A stretch of 64,000 bases of DNA. Source: a virus. Location: IMG/VR virus record IMGVR_UViG_3300047510_001751, positions 64,001 through 128,000 of that record; one strand, 5' to 3'. Of the stretch, positions 9,558-17,069 are shown one piece after another. Positions within the stretch are counted from its first letter, which is position 1. Every line of letters begins with the position of its first letter. The position numbers were made by a program, and so were the translations under genes. The notes under the pieces were generated by a model. It saw only the letters and a program-made list of their open reading frames with translations. It had not been told where the DNA came from and did not search any database.

Positions 9558-10052
9558 CTATTTATTAATCATATTTTCGCCAGGAAAATTAGAATTTCTA
9601 TCTTCTGTTAAAAATTGTGGGGTAGGAATATTTTTAATTCCTTCGATTGTATAAACTGTTTTCTTTTGATGCTCTGGCACAATTTTTTCTAATGAAATTG
9701 TTAACAGACCATCTTGAAATTCTACAGAGGATACTCGTACATCATCCGAGAGTTGCCAGGAATTATTGAAGGAACGTTTGGAGAGACCTTTGTGTAGGTA
9801 GATTCGTTCAGTATCTCGTTTTTCAACTTTTGAGGTAACTCGGAGAATGTTCTGTTCTGTAGAGACCTCGATCTCATCTGCTTTAAATCCAGCAAGAGCG
9901 ATTTCAATTTCGTAGTTATGGGCATCGTGTTTGATTAAATTGTAGGGTGGATAACTGGTGTTATGTCCAGACATTGCCTCTAGACGATTGAATACGTCGT
10001 CTAGACCTACTGAAAATGGGGAATAGATATCCCAAGTATATTTAGTTGCCAT
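9558..10052 (-). CDS. hsp20: Small heat shock protein Hsp20 (IbpA-like)
   Basis: YPPYNL...EIALAGF...YLHKGLSKRSF...W.LSD...A/V.F.DGLL.I.L alpha-crystallin signature; AAGGAG SD supports the ATG at 10052 rather than 10100. Confidence 0.95.
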   Translation of the reverse strand: MATKYTWDIYSPFSVGLDDVFNRLEAMSGHNTSYPPYNLIKHDAHNYEIEIALAGFKADEIEVSTEQNILRVTSKVEKRDTERIYLHKGLSKRSFNNSWQLSDDVRVSSVEFQDGLLTISLEKIVPEHQKKTVYTIEGIKNIPTPQFLTEDRNSNFPGENMINK

Positions 10053-10103
10053 GTGTTTCTCCTTAAGTAAGCGAGTTTTATTTGAACCCCATGTGGGCAT
10101 TCA
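10053..10103 (-). promoter_or_regulatory. hsp20 5' leader with ROSE-like RNA thermometer candidate
   Basis: CTCGCTT-ACTT-AAGGAG: anti-SD with UCGCU and bulged G pairs the SD; upstream hairpin; TGtTATAAT extended -10 at 10110-10118. Confidence 0.55.
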
Positions 10104-10124
10104 TTATTAATTATAACACGAGAC

Positions 10125-10157
10125 AAAAAAAGTGGGGTGTCGAAAACCCCACTTTAT
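10125..10157. terminator. Rho-independent terminator (possibly bidirectional) after regA operon
   Basis: AAAGTGGGG-loop-CCCCACTTT stem with T7 on minus strand and TTTATT on plus strand. Confidence 0.75.
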
Positions 10158-10282
10158 TATACGGTCATTAGGATAATATATCCTTGTTTTCTATACCAAT
10201 CAAGATGACTTTTCCCCCATGGTACGGTTAACCACTTAACTTGTTTGTCAGGTGTCATCACCATAAGGGTCATCATCCTCAT
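10157..10282 (-). CDS. Small hypothetical protein (41 aa)
   Basis: Hand translation MRMMTLMVMTPDKQVKWLTVPWGKSHLDWYRKQGYIILMTV; ATGA overlap with regA stop. Confidence 0.6.
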   Translation of the reverse strand: MRMMTLMVMTPDKQVKWLTVPWGKSHLDWYRKQGYIILMTV

Positions 10283-10701
10283 GATTCAGTTTTCTTTCTT
10301 CCAATATTGTACTTGCTTTCAAGAGTCCACTCATCCTTTTCTTTAAATGAAAGAACTTTGATTTGATTGAGAGGAGCAACATCTTCAATCTTTCCAGGTT
10401 CAACTACAGTGATGAGTCCCCAGTCAGATAAAAGTTGAATAATACGATTACGACGTTGAACATCATTCAACGAAAGGTTCGTATGCTTCCCATCAAGAGC
10501 AAATAGTTCTTTGAAATGTACAATATAATATCTACCTTGCTTGTGTAGAATATGGCAAGATTGGTAGATCTTTTTTTCTTTACGTGAAGCAACACCGATT
10601 CTCGTAAGGGTTTCACGAACTTTCAAAAAGTCGTCTGGCTCTGCCAGAGAAACCTCTACCATATCAGATTGTTGCCACTGGATTTCAATATCAGTTGTCA
10701 T
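10279..10701 (-). CDS. regA: Translational repressor RegA
   Basis: PDDFLKVRETLTRIG...QSCHILHKQGRYYIVHFKELF.LDG signature. Confidence 0.96.
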   Translation of the reverse strand: MTTDIEIQWQQSDMVEVSLAEPDDFLKVRETLTRIGVASRKEKKIYQSCHILHKQGRYYIVHFKELFALDGKHTNLSLNDVQRRNRIIQLLSDWGLITVVEPGKIEDVAPLNQIKVLSFKEKDEWTLESKYNIGRKKTES

Positions 10702-11084
10702 TTTGTTCCACCCTTATACAATGCTTTTTTTATAGCTTCAAGTTGATCTGTCGTAAGAATCTGTAATGCTTCGAGAGCTTTATTATGACTGTAACCATAA
10801 TACTCTTTCACCAATTCAAGATGCTCTAGAGTTTGTTTTTTAACCCAGGGACTAAATCGTTTCCTTGGTTTCAAAGTATTTATATAAAAGTCAAACTGAA
10901 GCTTCTTGTCTAGATGAGCATTCTTATTCATCTCATTAGCATACAGAATAGTATCTGTAAATGAAGACAAGCATTTGTTCACAATAAAAGGAGGATAACC
11001 TTTTACTGCTTCAGGGTCATCGTCAAGTATTTTCTTTTTTGTCTGATTGATTGAATTAAGATAATCTTTTAATTCGTACTTCAT
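10698..11084 (-). CDS. gp62: Clamp loader small subunit (T4 gp62)
   Basis: Y.PFIVNKCLS...KRFSPW...VKEYYGYS..KA; position between gp44 and regA. Confidence 0.92.
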   Translation of the reverse strand: MKYELKDYLNSINQTKKKILDDDPEAVKGYPPFIVNKCLSSFTDTILYANEMNKNAHLDKKLQFDFYINTLKPRKRFSPWVKKQTLEHLELVKEYYGYSHNKALEALQILTTDQLEAIKKALYKGGTK

Positions 11085-11224
11085 TGAAATACAGCAGTTA
11101 CACCCATTACTTTAGCATTAGGATTACGAGCAAGAGCTACCTCACGAGCTTCTTGGTAATCTCTAGCTTCCACTTCCTCGTTAAAAACTTTACCAGCGAC
11201 ATAGAGTTGAACACGGCAGCGCAT
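11081..11224 (-). CDS. Small hypothetical protein (47 aa)
   Basis: Hand translation MRCRVQLYVAGKVFNEEVEARDYQEAREVALARNPNAKVMGVTAVFQ; GGAGG SD; ATGA overlap with gp62. Confidence 0.75.
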   Translation of the reverse strand: MRCRVQLYVAGKVFNEEVEARDYQEAREVALARNPNAKVMGVTAVFQ

Positions 11225-11226
11225 AA

Positions 11227-11472
11227 TTAAAATCCTCCTTGGGTTTCATCAATAATAGCAAGCAGAGAGATGTCGTCAAAGACCACGGGGACAGATTTGG
11301 AAGTGTCCCAATCTGGATGATGGTATTTCAAAAATTCACGAAAAGTCATTTTCATTTCTTTCTGAGTCATACCACAGTGAGCTGCCGCTGCTGGCAGATT
11401 CATTGTGGAACGAAACAATCCCCAGTTTGCTTCAGCAACATTTTCTGGTGTGGTTTTCACTTTCAAATTCAT
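11227..11472 (-). CDS. Hypothetical protein (81 aa), possible HTH
   Basis: MNLPAAAAHCGMTQKEMKMTFREF resembles a helix-turn-helix; coupled to the gp44 stop. Confidence 0.65.
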   Translation of the reverse strand: MNLKVKTTPENVAEANWGLFRSTMNLPAAAAHCGMTQKEMKMTFREFLKYHHPDWDTSKSVPVVFDDISLLAIIDETQGGF

Positions 11473-12416
11473 TTGAATTCACATCCCATCATAATTTCAG
11501 TAAGACATGCCAGAAGATTAATCTCTTGATCAGCAACCACAGTAATGTCTTTCATGTATTTGGCGATAATCAATACAGCTTCGGGAATATAAGGACCTTT
11601 GAGAGTGTCGTAAAGACAGTCATAAAGTTTCCTCATTACAATAGCTGGATCATTATCAACATTATCCACCACCCATTTTTTTACAGTAGTGAACTCTTTA
11701 TTTTTCAACGATTTGATAAGATCATCCAGATTAATGTCGGCAATGTCAACAAGAATAGAAGAATCAATCCGTCCGTTGGCACTGTGTCTCTGTGTTTCAT
11801 TAATGAGTCTCCTCCAATCTGGATAATACCTCTTAATCAGTTTGATTAGAACTTTATCTTGATACTCAATTTGATTATCATCAAGAATATTTTTTAGTCG
11901 AACATAGAACTTTGCTTGTAACTTATCTTCTTCTGATTTCTTGATCTTGAAATCAACTACAGTACAACGAGAGTGTAGAGGTTCAATGATCTTGTTGGGA
12001 AAGTTACAAGTAAAGATGAATCGACAGTTGGTGTGGAACTCTTCCACGGCGGTCCTAAGCGAGAGCTGAACGTCCTGTGTGGTGTTGTCTGCCTCGTCAA
12101 TAATGACGACCTTGTGGGCGGCACCAGAGGTCAATGAGACAGTTGTGGCGAATTGCCTGACCTTGTTTCGAACCGTATCCAGGAAGCGTCCTTCGTCAGA
12201 ACCATTGATCACAATATAAGAAGCATCAATCTCATCACAGATTGCTTTAGCAACAGTGGTTTTGCCAATGCCAGCAGAACCACAAAAAAGGAGATTTGGG
12301 ATCTCCTTCTGTTCGATAAAGCCTTTCAGTGAATCTTTAATGTTTACTGGAAGAATACAATCCTCAATAGTATGAGGACGATATTCTTCGACCCACAAAA
12401 ATTTTTTATTCATCAA
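11469..12416 (-). CDS. gp44: Clamp loader large subunit (T4 gp44)
   Basis: WVEEYRP, GSAGIGKTT, INGSD, IIDEAD, FIFTCN, LHSRC (RFC-type AAA+). Confidence 0.96.
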   Translation of the reverse strand: MMNKKFLWVEEYRPHTIEDCILPVNIKDSLKGFIEQKEIPNLLFCGSAGIGKTTVAKAICDEIDASYIVINGSDEGRFLDTVRNKVRQFATTVSLTSGAAHKVVIIDEADNTTQDVQLSLRTAVEEFHTNCRFIFTCNFPNKIIEPLHSRCTVVDFKIKKSEEDKLQAKFYVRLKNILDDNQIEYQDKVLIKLIKRYYPDWRRLINETQRHSANGRIDSSILVDIADINLDDLIKSLKNKEFTTVKKWVVDNVDNDPAIVMRKLYDCLYDTLKGPYIPEAVLIIAKYMKDITVVADQEINLLACLTEIMMGCEFK

Positions 12417-13081
12417 GGTTCAAGAGCAATGTAATACACAAGGGGAAGCGAACTATGTTTCCATTCAGTAATCAACTTACTGGAGATTTTTACATCATAG
12501 TTGCCAGGAACAAGATTAACATGCTCCATTTTCATTGTCAACTCATACTCGCCAGTGTTGTCTCCCAGGATTTCTTGAGCATACACGTTACTGGTTTCGT
12601 TTTCCCGATCACATAGGTTCAGTGATACCGTACCACCAGCAGATGATTTAAACACTAGATCAGGAATGCCGTAAACATTAGCTGCTTTACGGAGTGCTTC
12701 AAGTTCACTACTAGTAATAGAAAACTCGATGTCGGCACCAGGGAAGTTTACCTTACGATCGGGGGCAGTTTTGAGAGTGATCTCAGGATCGGAGAAGTAA
12801 TACTTGGCACTACGACCATCACCTCGAATTGTCAGATACTCAGCATTATTGAATTCAAGAACTGGATTCTGGAACAAAGACAGACCAGCAAGGAATTGAT
12901 TCAAGTCATAGATAGCAAAGGTCTGAGGGAAAACTTCAGAACAATCATATTGAGAAATCAGATTCTCTCCAACATTAATTGTTTTGAGTTGAGATCCTTC
13001 ACGAATTAGAATAGATCCATTGATAGTTGAATAGTTTTTCAGAACTTCTTTAGTTTGATTAGAAAGTGTTACTTTATTCAT
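12413..13081 (-). CDS. gp45: Sliding clamp (T4 gp45)
   Basis: LKNYSTINGSI...FAIYDLNQFL...YYIALEP; canonical position. Confidence 0.93.
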   Translation of the reverse strand: MNKVTLSNQTKEVLKNYSTINGSILIREGSQLKTINVGENLISQYDCSEVFPQTFAIYDLNQFLAGLSLFQNPVLEFNNAEYLTIRGDGRSAKYYFSDPEITLKTAPDRKVNFPGADIEFSITSSELEALRKAANVYGIPDLVFKSSAGGTVSLNLCDRENETSNVYAQEILGDNTGEYELTMKMEHVNLVPGNYDVKISSKLITEWKHSSLPLVYYIALEP

Positions 13082-13386
13082 TTAAACTCCTGGAGACCGT
13101 TTTCAGTGCGAGAATAGTGCCGATCAAAGTGAAGCAGCAGCATGGCATAATGAATAACTTTAAGAAGGTCTCGTTTGTTAAGCCCATCCTTGTCGCCATA
13201 TCGGCTGCCATACTTAAGGATGTTTGCTTGACAAAAGGAGGCAGCAAGACCTTTAGCTGCCATCAAGTCAATCGTTTGTATATCAGCATATCCTTGTTCG
13301 TCACCACAGTAGTGACCGTGATATGTACTCAACACATAATCTTCAATGTCTTTGAGGATTCTCTCCTCGTTGTATTTCCACTGCAT
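13078..13386 (-). CDS. DUF3310-like protein
   Basis: HY...IQTID......FCQANILKYGSRYG.KDG.N..DLLKVIHY motif; GGAGG SD supports the ATG at 13386. Confidence 0.65.
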   Translation of the reverse strand: MQWKYNEERILKDIEDYVLSTYHGHYCGDEQGYADIQTIDLMAAKGLAASFCQANILKYGSRYGDKDGLNKRDLLKVIHYAMLLLHFDRHYSRTENGLQEFK

Positions 13387-13387
13387 T

Positions 13388-13555
13388 TCATTCCTCCATA
13401 ACATACTGTAGATCTTCATGATAGCATTCTTTAAGTGTTCCGTCAAGTGTCTTCACAAATAGTTTGAATTCATGACCACCCAAAATCTTGACGGAATTGC
13501 CGTCCCGAAGAACGGCAATGTTGCCAATGTAACCGTGAAACTCAGACTTCTTCAT
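13388..13555 (-). CDS. Small hypothetical protein (55 aa)
   Basis: MKKSEFHGYIGNIAVLRDGNSVKILGG...; internal ATG overlapping the end of the AAA+ gene. Confidence 0.6.
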   Translation of the reverse strand: MKKSEFHGYIGNIAVLRDGNSVKILGGHEFKLFVKTLDGTLKECYHEDLQYVMEE

Positions 13556-14678
13556 TCTCAGTTTCTTGTTGAATTTGAGAATCCTGTTCGGCACCAACAC
13601 TGGCATCAATTTTGTCATACAGTTCCATGAAACTAGTCTTGGTTTCATCATCAAAGCGATTCACACAAACTTGAATTGCTTTCATACGCTTACCAAAAAT
13701 ACTGTAAGCACGAACGATGTGAGTCAGGCGACGAGTAGAGATTACTTCATCTACACCACCATCCTTAAAAGTTTTACGGATGATATCTGCCCAAGCAGCA
13801 AGCTTCCCACAGAACTCTTCATCAAGACAACCAAGCTTAGCAGAAAGCTTTTCAAGAATCTTCTGCTCAGTCTTGGGAGCAGGATAATCCTGCTCAAAGG
13901 TGAGAGCAAATCGCTCAAGGAATGCTTCGTTCAGAACGTTAGTGCCGATAAAGCGACCATCATCAGAACCCTTTCCCTTTGTGTTGGCAGTGGCAACGAT
14001 AGTGAAACCAGCAGCAGGCTTCACGTAACGACCAGTTTTTTTCAGGAACACACCCTTGCCTTCGAGGATGGATTGGAGACACAAGATCTTGTTGGAAGCA
14101 AGATCAACTTCATCAAGAAGAAGAACAGCTCCACGCTCAAGTGCTTCAATCACAGGACCATTGTGCCACACAGTTTCTCCGTTGATCAGGCGGAAACCAC
14201 CAATCAAATCGTCTTCATCAGTTTCAATAGTGATGTTGACACGAATCAATTCACGCTTCAGCTGAGCACAAGCTTGCTCTACGCCGAAAGTTTTGCCGTT
14301 GCCAGACATACCAGTGATAAAGATAGGGTAAAACAACCCAGAAGAAATAATTTTCTTAACATCACTAAAATTACCAAAGCTGACGAAGTTAGCATCTTTA
14401 TCAGGAATCAGGTTTTCACGGTGAATCACAACATGCTCTACCGCCTGCTCAGCAGGTTCAGCAGCAGGAGCATGATAAGTATTTTCAATATCTTGAGCAG
14501 TCAGGTTCCAACGACCATGACCAGTTTTAAAAGTTTCTAGACGCTTGGCAATAGTGGGATAAGAACTACCAAATTCAGCAGCAGCAGCAATTACAGCGTT
14601 GCTACCAAAGTCTTCCCCAAAATGAGTAGAAATATAAGCGATAAGAGCTTCTTGTTCAATGTTTGCTTTACGAGCCAT
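13542..14678 (-). CDS. cobS: MoxR/CobS-like AAA+ ATPase with N-terminal extra domain
   Basis: GMSGNGKT Walker A, RVNITIETDEDDLIGG, LLLDEVD Walker B, ATANTKGKG, NEAFLERF. Confidence 0.88.
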   Translation of the reverse strand: MARKANIEQEALIAYISTHFGEDFGSNAVIAAAAEFGSSYPTIAKRLETFKTGHGRWNLTAQDIENTYHAPAAEPAEQAVEHVVIHRENLIPDKDANFVSFGNFSDVKKIISSGLFYPIFITGMSGNGKTFGVEQACAQLKRELIRVNITIETDEDDLIGGFRLINGETVWHNGPVIEALERGAVLLLDEVDLASNKILCLQSILEGKGVFLKKTGRYVKPAAGFTIVATANTKGKGSDDGRFIGTNVLNEAFLERFALTFEQDYPAPKTEQKILEKLSAKLGCLDEEFCGKLAAWADIIRKTFKDGGVDEVISTRRLTHIVRAYSIFGKRMKAIQVCVNRFDDETKTSFMELYDKIDASVGAEQDSQIQQETENEEV

Positions 14679-14707
14679 GATAAGTAATCTCCGTTGTGGA
14701 TGAAGTA

Positions 14708-14760
14708 ATTATAGCAGAGGTGGGGCACTGGGGTGTGCCCCATGGACGGTTTGGGAACTG
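14708..14760 (-). promoter_or_regulatory. Promoter with upstream CAGTT-N4-AA..GTCC motif, GC hairpin and TATAAT
   Basis: Minus strand CAGTT CCCA AACCGTCC-N30 (contains TGGGGCAC/GTGCCCCA hairpin)-TATAAT. Confidence 0.6.
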
Positions 14761-14761
14761 G

Positions 14762-16993
14762 TTAGGAAACCAGAGTGGTGAAAGAAGACAGAAGCTTTTT
14801 GTTTGTCGTCTTCTTCTTAAGCATAGTACGGAATGCTCGTCCGATGTCAGCTGTAGTGGCCTCCTCCTCAACTGTCATAGCGACAGTGCCAGCAGATAGG
14901 TTGTTAGAAGCTACCACGTAAAGAGCATCATATCCAATACCATTAATTTCACATGAACGCTCTTTCTTCCAAATTTTCATGAGATCGGAAGAATCTTGTC
15001 CGTGCTCATCTTTGTTAAAGTTTTTAGTCAATTGATAAAAACTACCACCACCCATGATTCGAAAACCAATCAAATTAACTTCAGGAAAATTATCTTTAAG
15101 GTTTTCCAAAAGAATGGCAGTCATATCGCTACTCGAATTACCAAAATCAAAGTTACGATAAACGTGACCAATCTTACGATCACGAAGAGCATTAATGCTA
15201 CTCACGTAATTGTGACCAAGATAGTTGTAGTTAGAACCATGACGATTTTTTAGATTGACATTGTAGTTCAGGTTGTTACCTTCGCCATCAGTCAAAATAA
15301 CAACATTAACTTTCTGAAGTTTGTTGTTTGTTTTAAACTGAGGAATGATCTGATGAAGAGCAATGATAGATTCATTAAGCGGAGTGCCACTAAGATCCAT
15401 ACCCGCTGGAATGCTAAAAGAATTATTCATGTGGTAATGAGAATCCTCCCGACAAGCAAGACGCCACAGGTTAAGGATACACTGATCCAGAACTTTGGTA
15501 TTGGCACGAGAGCTGAGGAAGTTCATCAAACGGAATCGGTTATGAACATCAATAATACCATCATCCTGTTTATGGAGTTTTTTAGGAGCGGCGTAGCTAC
15601 TATCAACATAAGCATTAGACCACTCGTAAGTAAATCCATATACTTCAAAAGGAATTTGAACTTTTTTACAGAACCACACAAGGTTCAACAGTTGCTTGAC
15701 AGTATCCAGCAGATAGTCGGACATAGAACCAGACCAATCAAGAATAAAAACCAGACCATGATTCTTTCCATCAGCAACCACAGAAATCTTACGGAAGATA
15801 TCTTCGTTATACTTGTAAGTATGAAGCTTACTGGTGTCAAGAGTTCCAGTACGAGCCGTGGACATACGCTGATAAGCGTCTGCTGACTTCTTCATTTCAA
15901 ACTCTTTAACCAGATAGTTCACTTCTTTCTGAGATTCAGTTTTATATTTACGATAATCAGCATCCACTTTAGTGAAAATACTTTTATCAGGACCATAGGT
16001 AAAAGAGTATTTTCGATCAGATTCTTCAAAGCAATCGTTCATATAGGCCATGAGCATTTTGTAATCAGCAATTACGTGATTCAAATTAAGTTCTGGACGT
16101 TCAACATAATAAGTTTCTTGACCAGAATACCCAGACAGGTTTTGAGCTTTTTCATCAAAAGCTTGTTGAGTTTTAGAAATTTGCTCGTCAGTAGATTCAG
16201 TAGGACCACCGCCTTCATTACTGTCAGCAGTGTTGTCGTTAGGACCACTGCCTTTGCTACCAGAATTGTTATCGTTTTTTTCTTGATTTTCGGATTCGTT
16301 AGAACCACTGCCACCTTGTCCACCTTCGATCTGAGTGCCTTCACCACTAACCTGAACCTGTTGATCAGATTCACCTTGATTAGATTGACTATCGCCAGCT
16401 ACAATCTCGCTGTTAGCAGGAAGATTTGCAGAATCCTGAGCTTCTTGTTTAATGTAACGCTGAAGCTCTTCACAAATGTAAAGAACCTGATCAAAAGTTT
16501 CTGCCTGCTCAATCATTTCAATGAAAGCAGATTCACGCTCATTGAAAGGCATCCGAGCATAAGCACCAACCTTAAAATGAAGATTGATTCGATCAATCAA
16601 AGATAGATCATTAAGATCTTCATCAGCAATGCTGAAGAAATCATCATCGTTCAGTTCTTTATACCCGTTGTAGAAAGTACGAGCAAGACCAGGAAACTTA
16701 CGCTTCATGAGTTTCTCGATACGAGCATCTTCCACAACGTTCACAAAATCTTTAGGAACATCATCGGGAACTTTAGTAGTCCAATCTTCATTTGGAGTAT
16801 AGATAGCATGTCCCACTTCATGACCCACCAGAAGGTCGTAGACGACGCTAGAAGCCCTGTTCCAGATCGGAAGGGTCAGTACACGCCGAAGCACATCAAA
16901 GGACGCTGTAGGGACCCTCTTGTGCTCAATGATGAGGTTTTCGGTAGCCAGCAGTTTGGCAAGAGTGCCTTTGACTTCGTGGTTAACGGACAT
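14762..16993 (-). CDS. Zincin-like (HExxH) plus von Willebrand A domain protein (CobT-like partner)
   Basis: N-terminal VGHEVGHA and NVVEDARIE; acidic low-complexity linker; C-terminal MIDAS ILDWSGSM, SGTPLN, ILTDGEG. Confidence 0.85.
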   Translation of the reverse strand: MSVNHEVKGTLAKLLATENLIIEHKRVPTASFDVLRRVLTLPIWNRASSVVYDLLVGHEVGHAIYTPNEDWTTKVPDDVPKDFVNVVEDARIEKLMKRKFPGLARTFYNGYKELNDDDFFSIADEDLNDLSLIDRINLHFKVGAYARMPFNERESAFIEMIEQAETFDQVLYICEELQRYIKQEAQDSANLPANSEIVAGDSQSNQGESDQQVQVSGEGTQIEGGQGGSGSNESENQEKNDNNSGSKGSGPNDNTADSNEGGGPTESTDEQISKTQQAFDEKAQNLSGYSGQETYYVERPELNLNHVIADYKMLMAYMNDCFEESDRKYSFTYGPDKSIFTKVDADYRKYKTESQKEVNYLVKEFEMKKSADAYQRMSTARTGTLDTSKLHTYKYNEDIFRKISVVADGKNHGLVFILDWSGSMSDYLLDTVKQLLNLVWFCKKVQIPFEVYGFTYEWSNAYVDSSYAAPKKLHKQDDGIIDVHNRFRLMNFLSSRANTKVLDQCILNLWRLACREDSHYHMNNSFSIPAGMDLSGTPLNESIIALHQIIPQFKTNNKLQKVNVVILTDGEGNNLNYNVNLKNRHGSNYNYLGHNYVSSINALRDRKIGHVYRNFDFGNSSSDMTAILLENLKDNFPEVNLIGFRIMGGGSFYQLTKNFNKDEHGQDSSDLMKIWKKERSCEINGIGYDALYVVASNNLSAGTVAMTVEEEATTADIGRAFRTMLKKKTTNKKLLSSFTTLVS

Positions 16994-17015
16994 TGGTTTC
17001 GTTTGAACTGACGTT

Positions 17016-17069
17016 ATTGTAGTACAAAAAAAGGAGGGTGTTACCCCTCCTGTGCCACTTCATTAACTG
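17016..17069 (-). promoter_or_regulatory. Promoter with upstream CAGTT-N4-AAGTGGCA motif and TACAAT -10
   Basis: Minus strand CAGTT AATG AAGTGGCA-N31 (contains hairpin)-TACAAT; same layout as 14708..14760. Confidence 0.55.
17026..17050 (-). terminator. Rho-independent terminator after gp46
   Basis: GGAGGG-GTAACA-CCCTCC followed by T7. Confidence 0.8.

Noticed and set aside
9558-10100. Longer hsp20 start at 10100 (MPTWGSNK...)
   Set aside because: A strong AAGGAG SD precedes the ATG at 10052, and the 10100 ATG lies at the predicted TSS within the structured leader.
13566-14540. 324-aa plus-strand ORF antisense to the AAA+ ATPase
   Set aside because: Fully overlaps a well-supported minus-strand gene, has no recognisable motifs, and is explained as a shadow frame of biased codon usage.
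13542-14678. Cobalamin-synthesis auxiliary metabolic role for cobS
   Set aside because: No cobN or other cob genes are in the window; sequence and vWA neighbour fit a generic MoxR-type chaperone better.
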